Shown: positions 1 through 13,527 of the stretch, piece after piece
How the letters are laid out: each line of letters begins with the position of its first letter
Numbering within the stretch: position 1 is the first letter of the stretch
NCBI GenBank assembly: GCA_951406725.2
Contig: OX597817.1
Location: forward strand, 104,718,001 to 104,782,000
DNA length: 64,000 nt
Direction of reading: 5' to 3'
Source of the DNA: Octopus vulgaris
Taxonomy: Eukaryota
Notes under the pieces: generated by a model
The model's database searches: none
Told to the model about the DNA's origin: nothing
Seen by the model: only the letters and a program-made list of their open reading frames with translations
Position numbers and translations under genes: made by a program

Positions 1-862
1 TCACTAACTGAGTTGTAACCAAAGTGACTAACTGATTTTTGCTTTTATAACTCCCAAAATTACTGCAGAGCTTAATGACCACCTTGAAAACCCAGTTTCA
101 ACAAAAACTGTTTGATGGAAGCTGCACAAAGCTGGATTTCATGGGAGGGCTGCAATGAGAAAACCACTACTTTCAAAAACAAATGTTGCAAAGCATTTAG
201 AGTGAAGTAAAAACCTACAGAATTGGTCCCTAGAGCAGTGGAAGAATGTTATTTTCTTGGACAAGTCATCCTTTACCTTATTTCTGACCACTGGCTGAGC
301 ATACATGTGGAGACAGCCAAAAGAAGCATTTGACCCAGACTGCCTTCTTCCAACTGTCAAACATGGCAGAGGATCTGTGATGATCGGGGACGGGGGGAAG
401 CTATATCTCAGAAATTTGCCGGCCCAATGGTTTCCCTTCATGGCAGAATTAATAGTCAAGACTATTTAAGCATTTTATCTGATCAAATTTATCCTATGGT
501 TGTGGAAATGTTTCTGGGGGAAAATGCAACCTTTCAGGATGATAATACACCAATTCACACAGCTAAAGTTGTTACTGAATGGCACGAGGAACATTCTAGT
601 GAAGTTGAACATCTTATCTGGCCACCACAGTCCCCAGATCTCAATATTATTAAACATTTATGGTGCATTTTAGAAAAACAAGGAGTTGATATCCTCCACC
701 ATCATCACCACAAGAACTTTAGACTATTTTAACTGAAAAATGGACAAAAATTCCTTTGGAAACAATTCAAACTTTGTACGAATCCATACCTCATGGAATT
801 CAAGCTGTAAAATAAATTTGTTTAAAATTTTAAGATGTTTCCATTATTTTGTCCAACCCCTG
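1..862 (+). mobile_element. Tc1-family DNA transposon relic: degenerate transposase plus right TIR; left part lies outside the window
   Basis: Fragments RKPLLSKTNVAKHL, FQDDNTPIH and WPPQSPDLNIIKHLW (ORF 427-732) match Tc1 DDE motifs, with stops and frameshifts. The element ends ...tttccattattttgtccaacccctg, a CAGGGG-type TIR, before a TG/TA microsatellite. Confidence 0.85.
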
Positions 863-867
863 TGTGC

Positions 868-903
<36 letters not shown>

Positions 904-945
904 GTGTGTGTGTGTGTTTGTATGTACATATATATATATACATAT

Positions 946-987
<42 letters not shown>

Positions 988-1248
988 TATATATATTTTT
1001 TCTTTTGTTTCAGCTCAGAGCTGCGGCCATTTATATATATATATATATATATATTTGGTAAAATAGAAAGATGAATAATCTTGTTGCAGATTAATCAAAA
1101 GTTTAACCGATACCTTGGTAGCAAAAATCACAGCAGAAGAAAGCACGGTTGGAGATAAAACCATTTGGTGTTGCAACCGTGCGTTGGTGCGGATAATTGA
1201 ATTTTAATATTATTAGTGAATTGAAGAAATGGAGTTGAACGAAGATTG

Positions 1249-1367
1249 AACAGAATTCCTTTTATTGCATTCTACACATGTTTCAAAAGCCACAATTTTC
1301 CAAATTCTGATTAAATAAGGATACCATATTGTGGCTTTCTCTTCAGGAAAAAAATAGGAATTCCGTT
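1249..1367 (-). ncRNA. Type I hammerhead ribozyme motif (left arm, mirror copy)
   Basis: Exact reverse complement of 1456-1574. Confidence 0.75.
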
Positions 1368-1455
1368 GGCAGAACAAAACAGAACAGAGGCGCAGCAAAG
1401 CAATTTGAACGAGGAGGCTCTTTAAGAGCCTCTTTCTGTTCTGTTTTGTTCTGCC

Positions 1456-1574
1456 AACGGAATTCCTATTTTTTTCCTGAAGAGAAAGCCACAATATGGT
1501 ATCCTTATTTAATCAGAATTTGGAAAATTGTGGCTTTTGAAACATGTGTAGAATGCAATAAAAGGAATTCTGTT
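1456..1574 (+). ncRNA. Type I hammerhead ribozyme motif (right arm of the palindrome)
   Basis: Core CTGAAGA 1477-1483; stem II aaagccacaat/attgtggcttt (1485-1495/1527-1537); GAAA 1539-1542; stem III aca-tg-tgt; GTA triplet ending at 1550; stem I ttc/gaa plus a distal helix aacggaattcct/aggaattctgtt. Confidence 0.75.
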
Positions 1575-1606
1575 CAATCTTCGTTCAACTCCATTTCTTC
1601 AATTCA

Positions 1607-1710
<104 letters not shown>

Positions 1711-1801
1711 TATATACATATATTATATATATATACTGGTGCCTTGTTGTACCATTTATCTACTTTTATATATATATATATGACATATATAATATATATT
1801 A

Positions 1802-1856
<55 letters not shown>

Positions 1857-2450
1857 CACATCTATGTGTGTGTGTGTATTTCGTGGAATCCTCTCTCACC
1901 GAGATTCCTGGTGGAAGATTACATTCATCTGATGGTGTCAGTTTACATCTTGTATTAGCTGTCTTTAATTTCTTTAAGAAAGGTATTTAGAGGGTACTTG
2001 TGTACTTGTATGTTGAAGTACCCTCTATTGAGATAGTATGTTATTAAGGAAGGCATTTGAAAGATACTTATGTAGCAGCATCCCTTAAATCTATAAATAA
2101 CTCCTCAAATAAAAAAATTATTATTCAGATTGTTGTTTATTTGTTCCAGGTTAATCCTGACTGAGTAGACCTATGATCTAACCATGATACTTCTGCTGTT
2201 TGTTTTTTTAGACATAATGTAGGTAGCATCACACCTTTCAATGCAACTTTTCTCTTTTTAATGATGATATGGAGTAATATGAGGAAGATATGCCGCTTGA
2301 TCTAGCAGGTTGAATGGCCACATAGACACTCCCTCATTTGCTTGCTGATCTGCGAAGTTTCACAACTGATAAACTGATAAACAATTAACAGAAATGGTTG
2401 GAACTGGAAGTGTTTCAAATTTTGGATTATTGAGAATTTTAGGAGTGAAT

Positions 2451-2451
<1 letters not shown>

Positions 2452-2497
<46 letters not shown>

Positions 2498-2500
2498 CGC

Positions 2501-2539
<39 letters not shown>

Positions 2540-2675
2540 CGTGCGTGTGTGTGAGTATGTGTGTGTGAGTATGTGTGTGTTTGTGTGTGTGTGTTTGTGT
2601 GTGTGTGTGAGATTGTGTGTGTGATTGTGTGTGAGTGAGTATGTGTGTGTGTTTGTTTGTGTGTGTGTGTTTGTT

Positions 2676-2708
<33 letters not shown>

Positions 2709-2760
2709 GTGATTGTGTGTGTGAGTATGTGTGTGTTTGTGTGTGTGTGCGTGTGTGTAT
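2452..2760. repeat. Compound (TG)n microsatellite
   Basis: Direct reading; it explains the THTH/CVCV ORFs. Confidence 0.95.
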
Positions 2761-2889
2761 TAGAGCCTGCTGTAACCTCCTGGCTTCCCAGTCCTCGGTT
2801 TAAAACCATCCAACCCATGCCGGCATGGAAAGCAGACATTAAATGATGATGATGCTGATGTATACATATGAGAATTTTAGAAGAAGTGT

Positions 2890-3610
2890 ATATATATATA
2901 TATAAGTTTATATTTAGCTTTAATCATAACAAGGTTTTTATGATAATTGTTGGTTGTAGGTATTCTTTTATTAGTTCCTATTTATAAAGATTTTAGTATT
3001 ATCTATTAAGTTACTGGTATAAGTTTAACATTAAATCATGTAAGGATAACGAATATTTAATATGTATGTAGTGTTTTAGTTATTAACTTTTGGGTTATGA
3101 AATAGTGTAATTCACTCAAAATTAATTACATTATTAAGTTAAGTTCAATTAAGGTTATTTTTTTTTTTTTTGGAGAGAATAGGATATAAAGCTTTAACTT
3201 TTATATTAATAACTACGGAAGACAGGTGGGAAAATTACCTGTATGGACTTAAAGGATTTGTCATTATTTAGTTATATAATTTAGGAGTTAGTTAGAGGTT
3301 TACTTATTGAATTTATTTACTGATACTGTTCTACATAGGGTAAATGTGTTTCTTTGTTGTAGTTAAATAATAATGTTAGCGTTTAATCCTTCCTAGAATT
3401 AATATTGAATGAATGTGGTGATACCAGAGGTATGTTTGTTCCCAAACAACACTTATTTTAGTGCTGTTGACACCACTGGTTTGAATGGTACTGCCCAGGT
3501 GTTGAAACCATAGTGATATTCATGGGGCAGCTGATGATGGAGGTATGTTGGACTGTTGGTATGTCTGTTATTGTATGTGCGAAATAGTTTTATAGTACAC
3601 CCATTTGATA
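2890..3610 (-). mobile_element. Degenerate Penelope-like element ORF fragment; related copies at 20540-20990 and 53930-54245
   Basis: The three copies align by eye. The best translation (53861-54166 ORF: WAIPFNPVVAT...TITFKHTYPMYNSIGN) resembles the region between RT and GIY-YIG in Penelope-like elements. Family assignment is inferred. Confidence 0.45.
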
Positions 3611-3804
3611 GAGAGAGAGAGAGGATATAAGGAGTTTTTGTTAAGATGCCTCAAACTAATAGGTATGTGTTCTGAGTGCTCAAATCAGTGTGCCACCAAA
3701 ATTCCAGTTAAAACAGTGGGTGATGTTGTGAAGTTGTGGTTGTGTGATTGTCTTGTTCAAAAGTGGCTAAAGGTAGCATCCCTTTGAGTCTGTAGGTATA
3801 GGTT

Positions 3805-4010
3805 AAAGTAGTGAGGAAAGGTAAACAATTAGACAATGCAGGACAAGGACATTTAATTTCATTTAATTCCAACTAAAATTTTAAATTTTAAATCTAAAAT
3901 TTAGCTATTATTTTTACTATTCGTTATGTAGCTAAATTTTAGATTGAATTAAATGAAATTAAATGTCCTTGTCCTAAACTGCCTAATTGTTTGCCTTTCC
4001 TCACTACTTT
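3805..4010. repeat. Imperfect palindrome of about 205 bp (foldback)
   Basis: Outer arms aaagtagtgaggaaagg...catttaatttcatttaattc and gaattaaatgaaattaaatg...cctttcctcactacttt; inner stem aatctaaaatttagcta/tagctaaattttagatt. Confidence 0.9.
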
Positions 4011-4020
4011 TTTTTTCAAT

Positions 4021-6390
4021 TATCCATTACCAAGCCCAGAAATGTTCTCAAAACTAAATGGAGAAAAATTTTCTAGAAATTAGACCTCTCAGGGGCCTAT
4101 CTACAGATACAGGTAGAGGAAGGTTGCATACACCTTTTAACAATCAACACATGCCATGGGTTGTAAAATTCAAGCAGTTTCCTTTCGGAGTAAAAGTGGC
4201 ACCTGCCATATTCCAACAAGTGATGGACACAATGCTAAATGATTGCAACTTCGCTATCACTTGTTGATATTTTAATAAAGAGTGAGTCAGTGGAGCAACA
4301 CTTTGAACATATTAAAAATGTTTTCAGGAAAGTAAATGAATATGGGTTTAGGCCAACAGAGGAAAAGTGTGAATTTTTGATGAAAAAATCAAATATTTAG
4401 GTCAAGTAATTGATGAAAGGGGACAAAGGCTAGACCCATCAAGAGCGATGGCAATACGGAATATGCCTCCCCCAATTAACATCAAATTGTTACAAGCATT
4501 TTTAGGCTTGGTAAACTACTATCAAGTATATATCCCAAACGTACACAACACAAGGGCTCCACTAAATGAGCTATTAAAAATGGATGCCAAATGATTTTGG
4601 ACAGAAGAATGCCAGAAGACATTTGAGGAACTAAAAGGCATGTTAACATCAGACTTGTTGCTTACACACTTTGATCCGAAGTTGGAAACGATACTGGCAA
4701 CAGATGCTAGTGAATACAAGGTAGGTGCTGTACTCCTACACAAGTGCAAAGATGGCAGCCAAAAGGCCATAGCTCATGCATCAAGGACACTATTGCCAGT
4801 AGAAAAAAATTATAGCCAAAATTGAAAAAGAGGCATTGGCAATTATATTTGGCATAAAAAAGTTCCACGGGTTTATACATGGTTGACAGTTTAGACTACA
4901 AGCAGATCATTGCCTGTTGCTGATGATTTATGGATCTAAGAAAGCAATCCCAGTACATACAGCAAACAGGTTTCAGCAATGAGGCACCATACTAGTAAAC
5001 TACAACTACACAATGGAATATTTACCTTCAAAAAAGCTAGGATATGCTGATGGCCTATCCAGCTTAATATCCAGAAATGGCAAACCATTTGAGGACCCAG
5101 TAATAGCAGCCCTGAGAGCCAAAGGGGAAATTAAACACATAATGTAGAACATTGTACATGAGTTACCAATAACTTTGTGAGAGAGAAAGTGACACATGTC
5201 AAAAGATAAGTTCATTAATGAAACAAAAAACTCTATGGTTAGCTAAAGAAAACAAAAATAGGTTTGAAAAAGAAACAGCAACAAGTAAACATATATTCAA
5301 CATGCGATGGTGTACTGGTGTAGGGCCAAAGGGTAGTGATACTTGAGACTTTACAAAAAAGAAAGTTGAAAGAATTCCATATTGGACATCTGGGGATCGC
5401 AACAATGAAAGCACTAATGTGCAGTTATGTGTATTGGCTGAAGATGGAGAAGGAAGTTGAAAATGTAGTAAAAAGCTGCAGAGGATGTGCTCTGGCAGCG
5501 AAATTGCCTACTCAAAAATGGGAGCCTTGGTCAGAAGTAAAAAGTCCATGGTCAAGACTACATATCGATTTTGCAGATCCATTAAATGGTAGTAGTTGGC
5601 AGTTTTACAAAATGGCCAGAAATTGTTAAGTGCAAAAGACCAACCTTCAAAACGGTAATAAACTTTTTTCACAAATTATTTGCAAGATTTGGCATCCCAG
5701 ATGTGATTGTATCTGATTATGGAACACAATTTGTGTCCAGTTAATTTAGAAAATTCTGCAAAATGTTAACGGTAGAACATAAAATGATAGCGCCTTACCA
5801 TCCCAGATCAAATGGATGGGCAGAGCATTTTGAGGACACTTTTAAAAGCACTTTGAGAATGCAAACAAGGAAATCACAGACAAATTCACTCTGCAACAAT
5901 TCCTAAGGGTATACAGGGGACACTAAACCCCAATACACTAGCAGGAAGCTCACCAACAGAACTAATGTTCACAAGGAAGGTGAAATCAATTTTTGATAAA
6001 CTGTTACCTGGCAAGGAAAGGAAGAGTACCAGGAAAGGCAATCCAAAATTTTTCAAAATAGATGATAAGGTGTACATGAGGTTATATTAAAATGGAAAAC
6101 AGTACTGGGAAGAAAGCAAAATTACAAAGTACATAGGAAAAATTATATATGGTATTAAAAGTAGAAAGGGTATTGAAAAAAGACTCAGAAATCAATTGAA
6201 GAAGAGATTCATAGAAAATGAACCAGACAGATTAGAAGAACCTAAGGAATGGCTGTATGATACATTCCAGGTACCAACACTGTTACAGGTGATTGAACTA
6301 ACATATACAAGAAGAAGAAAAAGGAAGAACACAGAGTTCCTACTAACAGATGCCAAAAAGAAAAAAATATTAAGTTTAAAAAAATGCTAA
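4021..6390 (+). pseudogene. Ty3/Gypsy pol relic (RT, RNase H, integrase), 5'-truncated
   Basis: YPLPSPE start; PFGVKVAPAIFQQVMDTML (RT); LATDASEYKVGAVL (RNase H); HIGHLG...CRGC zinc finger; PWSRLHIDFA and PYHPRSNG.AE (integrase). Many stops and frameshifts. Confidence 0.92.
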
Positions 6391-6471
6391 AAAGGGAGGA
6401 GGGGTGAATAAAGTAAAATAAAATTACTTACTTCCCAAAGAAATATCTAAAAAAACTAAAAGGGAAGATAT

Positions 6472-7027
6472 TGTAGTGAAAATGATACACTCCTTCCCAT
6501 GTGACACTATAAAGTAAGACAGTCATTGTAGGATGTCAGTAGTAGTAGAGTTGTACGAATTTTCAGTTGGAGTCAGGAGTTCATGTTACCATCAAGGTAG
6601 ACGTTTCAAAGTCATTGTCTTGCAGAGCCATCAGTAATAGTACGATAGATGAGTCAAAGGTAATAAGACATGGAGCTATCAGCAATAGCATTATAGATGA
6701 GTCAAAGATAATAAGACGTGGAATACTGCCACAACATTATAGTGGTGACAAGAATATTACAGTGCTGACAATAACATACAAGTGGTCAAGGATCCACATT
6801 ATAACAGTTACCTAACTGATTAGAACCCCTTGATAATACTAAGATGATTACATTTGACAACAAATGTACTTCCTTCCGTTGCATCCAAGACACGAAAGCA
6901 AGAAACTGAAACCATCCACTTTGATATGTACCTCAATATTTCTCAAGTAATAAAAGTTCACTGCTGCAAATTCCTCCAAGTTATGACACCTTCAGAAAAT
7001 CTTCCACGATCAGTAACACTTGCAACA
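6472..7027 (+). mobile_element. Probable 3' LTR of the preceding Gypsy element
   Basis: Purine tract aaaagggaaga (about 6458-6468), then TGTAG..., AATAAA near 6949, ending ...tgcaACA. There is no second LTR to confirm the ends. Confidence 0.5.
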
Positions 7028-7059
7028 TAAGTATAATAAAAACCAATGATGCCGTTATG

Positions 7060-7490
7060 CACCGCATGGACTGAAAGCTCTCTTGCTCTAAAATTGCATT
7101 CATATTTATTGATCAAAAGAATCTTTACAAACTTTACTGAATCTCCAGTGTTCTACTCCTCAATCAAAATTGCTCATTAAGTCATACTTCTCTCAATGAA
7201 TTCATCACATTTGCTGTTCATTTTCTGTCCAATTCACATCAACAAAAAGAGACGATCACCCATACCCTTAATCACTCTAATTTCCAATATCTCAAAGGTG
7301 GTAGGAACTGTCATCACATTTATCATCTTGAATAGCGTTCACTCCTTAGTGACTGCTACTGCAATTTCTGGAGATGAACATGATAATCCATTGACATTGC
7401 ATCAAGAGCAATGTCAATGCTCTTGATGTCAGCAAAGTATTCAACCATGTCAGCTATAAAAAGCTCCTAAAAAGAACTAATGGCATATAT

Positions 7491-7552
<62 letters not shown>

Positions 7553-7680
7553 TCTCTCTCTCCATCAACTTTTAGGCTGAAAATTTCCTGTCAGAACATA
7601 CACTTACATCATATAGAGATGTGACCTTCTCTAACATAATTCTGTTAACTCTGCTGTACCCAGAACTGTTTTGTGCCTCT
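7060..7680 (+). mobile_element. Highly degraded LINE reverse-transcriptase fragment interrupted by (CT)n
   Basis: Remnants ITLISNISKVVGTVI, ALDVSKVFNHV and SVNSAVP resemble non-LTR RT motifs (RPI.L.S.ISK, LD.SKAFD.V, GVPQG). Confidence 0.55.
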
Positions 7681-8317
7681 CCCAGTAGTTCTCAAACAGT
7701 ACTCCACCAGGGCTTTCAGAGGGCACAGCAGATTTTAAAAATTTAAGGCATTAGAAAATACCTACTGTTTGAACATCTTGAAAAATTCTGTTCTATCATA
7801 CACAGCTATGATTAATGAAACAAGGCATGCAATTGTTTTCTGCACTTCCTATAAATTTTAAATTTTAAAACATGTTTTTCTTATAAATTTTCTATGCAAA
7901 GTGCACCAGTTGTTTTTATTATTTGATAAAGTGTCTTCTATCATAGTCTTAGGTTTAGTAGGACTTTCTGAGTAGAATTTGATAGATGGAAACTGTATAG
8001 ATTAATTACAATATAAGCACTGTAACACTGTGTTGACCAGACAGCTAAATGTTATTATACACCACTATTTACGATGCCCTGTGAATTCTTTGTGCCCTTC
8101 TTTTCTCTCTTGGCCCAATCATTTCACTAAATTGACCTCCCATTGTCATGGAGGTCTTCTTAGTGACCTTTTCTGATCTCTTGGGTACCACTCAGCAACT
8201 GCATGGATCCACCTGTTGTCTATGAATTTTGTAACATATACATATAAAAAATATATTTTCACTTTTTTAAAAACTACTGTTTTGTTATTGTCGTTGTAAC
8301 AGTTACAACAGTAGCAC

Positions 8318-8609
8318 CAGCAGACCCTGGTGAACCTTATCCAGCAAACCTGTCATCAAAGTCTATCACCAATATAACATTCTCTGTATTCAGCAGCCCC
8401 TGATGAACCTTATCCAGCAAACCTATTATCAAAGTCTATCACCAATATAACATTCTCTGTATTCAGCAGCCCCTGATGAACCTTATCCAGTACACCTATC
8501 ATCAAAGTCTATCACCAATATAACATTCTCTGTATTCAGCAGCCCCTGATGAACCTTATCCAGTACACCTATCATCAAAGTCTATCACTAATATAACATT
8601 CTCTGTATT
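8318..8609. repeat. Minisatellite, 4 x 73 bp
   Basis: Units start at 8318, 8391, 8464 and 8537 (cagcagcccctgatgaaccttatccag...ctctgtatt). Confidence 0.95.
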
Positions 8610-8974
8610 GAAACTATAGTGTCCAATGCACTTTATCTTTTTATTTTTAATATTAGTGTTTTATGAGTTGAGTGAGACTTGGCTGATTGAGTAACTATGA
8701 AGGTTCCTCATTCACTCATTTGTATTGTTGGCAATTGTGTTGCAGTAGTATGTCTCAAAAAGAAAAAAAACAGTTTAAAGGTCCTCTGTGAACTTAGAAA
8801 CCACCAATGAATCTGCTGATGATTATTATAGAGCTGATCCTTCACTTACCCACCTGCACTATGCAATTTCTGCATCTTTTATTTTTCTATTTATTACTTA
8901 TTTCAATCATTGGACTTCTGCCATGCTGGGACACTGCATTGATGGTCTAAGTTGGAAAGTTAACCCAGTACTTA

Positions 8975-9187
8975 TTCTTTTCTACTCTAGGCACAAGGCT
9001 CGAAATTTTGGGGGAGGGGGCCAGTTGATTAGATCAACCCCAGTATGCAACTGGTACTTAATTTATCGACCCCGAAAGGATGAAAGGCAAAGTTGACCTT
9101 GGCAGAATTTGAACTCAGAACATAAGACAGATGAAATACCGCTAAGCATATTGTTCGGCATGCTAACATTTCTACCAACTCGCCACT
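8975..9187 (-). mobile_element. tRNA-derived SINE with Nin-domain-like core; related copies near 10915-11070, 34148-34358 and 38575-38700
   Basis: Shared core ctggtacttaatttatcgaccccgaaaggatgaaaggcaaagttgaccttggcagaatttgaactc; B-box-like gagttcaaattc on the minus strand. Confidence 0.7.
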
Positions 9188-10420
9188 TTAACCCAGTACT
9201 TATTCTACTGATTTACTTTGCTAAACCACTAAGTTATGGGGATGTTAACAAACTGACAGCAGTTGTCAAGCAGTGGTGGCAGACAAACACACACACACAC
9301 ATATCTTTTAATTTCTGATTACAAAAGTTCACTCACAAGGCTTTGGGCTGCCTGGGACAAGAGTAAAAGACACTTGCTCAAGATGCTGTGCAGTGGTACT
9401 GAATCTAAGACCACATAGTTGGGAAGCAAAATTCTTAACTACATAACCATGCCTGCGCTATTAATGTCCTTCAATAAATTTATTAAACAATTTCTTAGAA
9501 GATACCAAATTTCTAGCATCAGAAAAATTATTTTCTTCATATAATTTTTCACAGCTATTCTGGTAATTAAACTAAATCTCATTCATCTTTTGTGTTTTTG
9601 AAAATATTGATTAGATATATTGCCTGAGAGCATATAAGCATCATGACTGTATTGAAATTGAATGAGGCTCACATAAGATCCCTGTAAACTTAGAAATATA
9701 TGCAGATATAGAATGAATTAATTCTTATGCTCAATTGTGCACAGCATCATTTCCGTCATAATTTAATATTCCCCAATTTCAATTCAAAATTTAAGTTTGA
9801 TTTCTTTTTTCTTAAGAGAAATGTCAAAGAACTGTCAAGATTAAAAATGCAAACTTTTGACAAAAATTAAAAAACAACTTTGCAATTAGAATTGTAAATA
9901 TTGATTAAAATTTTGTTGATTCAATTTATTCCATAATAGAGTGTGAAAAACTGAATGAAACATAAGATATCAGCATTTCCTACTTCTGTTTTCAGAATCA
10001 GAGACGTACAGTAATGCGTGTTTAGCTCTATTGAATTCAGGTTAGGAAGAAGCATTTGTGCTGTGATATTGTGAATGGGTGTTGTGATATTTATGATGTT
10101 CTAAGAACATTAGTGATGTAAATGATTAGAAATGATTCCAGCTGGGATACAAAAGTATGTCACTGACTCAGCTCACTCTTGACATGCTCTAAATATTTGC
10201 AATGTATAATGAAGGAAGATACAATAGTAAATTTCAGTAAAGTGGTCTGTCAGTCAAAGTTGAGAAGAAAAACAAATTACAAATTAAAATAATACAGAAA
10301 CAATACAGGATGGTATCCAAACTAAGATATTCAAGGAATATTTTAGTACATGAACTGTCCAGTCCTTCAACATGGGTAAACTTATTGAAATTTCTTGCCA
10401 TTTTCAAAAATCCTTCAGAT

Positions 10421-10844
10421 CTCTCTTTACTCTCTTTACTCTTTTACTTGTTTCAGTCATTTGACTGCGGCCATGCTGGAGCACCGCCTTTAATCGAGCA
10501 ACTCGACCCCGGGACTTATTCTTTTGTAAGCCCAGTACTTATTCTATCGGTCTCTTTTGCCGAACCGCTAAGTAATGGGGACGTAAGCACACCAGCATCG
10601 GTTGTCAAGCAATGCTAGGGGGGGACAAACACAGACACATAAACACACACACACATACATATATATATATACATATATACGACAGGCTTCTTTCAGTTTC
10701 CGTCTACCAAATCCACTCACAAGGCATTGGTCGGCCCGAGGCTATAGTTAGAAGACACTGGCCCAAGATGCCACGCAGTGGGACTGAACCCGGAACCATG
10801 TGGTTGGTTAGCAAGCTACTTACCACACAGCCACTCCTGCGCCT
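10421..10844 (-). mobile_element. Full-length tRNA-derived SINE of the dominant family (Octopus OR-like)
   Basis: Minus strand begins aggcgcaggagtggctgtgtggtaag (A box), then ggttcagtccc (B box), an internal TA/TG tract and a (gagtaaa)n-like tail. More than 12 copies in the window, including partial ones near 9190, 13965, 15883, 25000, 35361, 53672 and 54250. Confidence 0.85.
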
Positions 10845-11115
10845 ATAATAAATGCCATACACCAAATTCTTAATCCTTGAATCACTTATGCAGTTAAATA
10901 ATAATCCTCTCTATAAGAGACATAAGGCCAGAAATTTTGGTGGTGGGTTTAGTGGATTAGATCTAATTGACTAAGACCCTTCCATCAAATCAAAAAAAAC
11001 AAAAAAACTGAACCCCGAAAGGAAAAGTTAACCTTGGTAGTATTTGCATTCAGAATGCAAACAACTCTGCCACCTTGCTGTCATTACAGCTAACTAATAA
11101 TGATATAAATATACA

Positions 11116-11187
<72 letters not shown>

Positions 11188-12105
11188 CTATTTCATGTAT
11201 TGAATTCTGTTTCTCTCGCTGAGGAGGGAGAGAGAGGGAGAGAAGTAGAGAGGGAGAGGGAGGGAGGGAGAGAAGGAGAGAGGGAGAGTGAGGGAGGGAG
11301 AGAAGGAGAGGGAGGGAGGGAGGGAGAGAGAGAGGGAGAGAGAGAGAGAGAGAGCACTGGAAAATATTATGAGAGAGAGAGTGAGAGAGACAGACAGACT
11401 GACAGACAAACTGACAGCAGACAGACAGTGAAGAAGAAAAGCATAAAGTGGAAGGTGAGGAATCACCTCAAATAATTTCTGCTTGTTATTGACAGTAAAA
11501 TGATATATAAACTTGCACATGGCAATTATATGGTTTTAATTTAGATTTAAGTTGATTTATCAGATATTATCTTGTAAACCTGACAAAGCCCATTTTTTCT
11601 CAATTTAGAAAATAGTTTTAGTACATTATTCAGAGACACTATCCATCTGAAACATAATAGGTTAGTATTAACATGCAGGTTTTTTTAACAGCATGTTGTT
11701 TATAGCTTTAAGTATGTGTACTTCAATATACATTATCTCAAAAAAGAACTATTTCATGTTACCTTGAACATGAAATTCTTATGACATCAACATCATATAA
11801 TTCTTGCTGTAATGAATAAAGTCTCTAAAATGGATAGGAGAAATTGATGGATAGCTTTGGTCCAATGGTAGATTGAATGTCATGCTAACAGTAAATGTGG
11901 GTTCAAGTTACATGAGCTGCTTTCAATGTTTCTATTCTAAAGGGAGTGATTATTTTTTTCAAACCAATATTTACATGCTATTGTTTATAATTTTATGTGT
12001 GCTTTGAGGTATACTATTTCAAAAAAGAATTATTTCATGTCCTCTCAAAATTTTATAAAATTCTTATGATGTCAAAATATATACATATACATACATAATA
12101 CATAC

Positions 12106-12137
<32 letters not shown>

Positions 12138-12138
12138 C

Positions 12139-12445
12139 TAGGCACAGGTGTGGCTGTATAGCAAGAAGCTTGCTTCCTCACCACAGGGTTCCAGGTTCAA
12201 TCCTTCTGCATGGCACTTCAGGCAAGTGCCTTCTAAGATAGCCTCTACATGAAGTAGAGCATACTGGGAGATGAACAGAGTTTTTACGTCCCTGTAACTT
12301 AGTTGTTTGGCAAAAAAGACTGATAGAATAATTACTAGGCTCAGAAATAAATAAATACTAGGCTTGATTCGTTTAACTAAAAATTCTTGAAGGTAGTACC
12401 CCAACATGGCTACAGTCTAATGACCAAAACAAGTAAAAGGTAAAA
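12139..12445 (+). mobile_element. SINE, dominant family, internally deleted
   Basis: ggcacaggtgtggctgtatag...ggttcaatcc head and caagtaaaag tail. Confidence 0.75.
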
Positions 12446-12446
12446 G

Positions 12447-12557
<111 letters not shown>

Positions 12558-12562
12558 CATAC

Positions 12563-12620
<58 letters not shown>

Positions 12621-13412
12621 TGTATGTATATGTATATATATATACACACACACGCATGAATTCTTACATCATCATCAAAATTATCGTCGTCATCAATGCT
12701 CACAGAGCTCAGGATGGAATCTGGTGTGGCAGATTTTTTACAACCTGATACCTTTCCTGTAACCAACCCTTACCTGTTTCCAAATAAAGTTGTATTTCCC
12801 CTTGATCCAATATGTTTCACAGAAGATTGAAAACAAAGGATACCCCCATGCTTGATGATGAAACTTGTTTACAATCATCACACATACACACAAACAAACA
12901 AACAGGCATACATACTATATGGATCCTTTATGAAAATATGAAAAATCTGTAATAAGGGGAAATCAAACTGGAATATTGTCATGTCTTAAATGAACCATGC
13001 AGAAAAGTTGTTTCCCACATTCCCTATATCTCTGACACAACTAAAAAAAACAGTAACCAGGAATCTACAGTCTTCAAACTTTAAATGCATCAAAATTGTG
13101 CTTTTAGCCTAATATCCATGGCTGATGAGAGGATTTCCATATTTACTTGTCTTTTGTTTTTTTGTTTTTTCTGTGAATCATTTCCATTTTCCATTTTAAT
13201 TCATCTGTAGGTATGTAAACCCAACAGATTTTTGGGATCTGATGATACACCATAAATCTAAACCCTTTATGGACAGGAAACCTAAGGTAATCCCATAAAC
13301 CAACCTTCCCCAGTTTTAATATCTATATATACATATATATTATACATGAGTATATATATACACATTTATATGTTTGTAAAATTACATGTATATACATATT
13401 ATATACACAAAT

Positions 13413-13449
<37 letters not shown>

Positions 13450-13458
13450 CATACATAT

Positions 13459-13527
<69 letters not shown>

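Noticed and set aside
8318-8609. CTGATGA in the tandem units, suggesting a retrozyme array
   Set aside because: There is no GAAA partner (gcaaac or gtacac instead) and no stem II.
10770-10844. tRNA-like A/B boxes
   Set aside because: These are SINE heads attached to SINE bodies; no credible cloverleaf tRNA gene.
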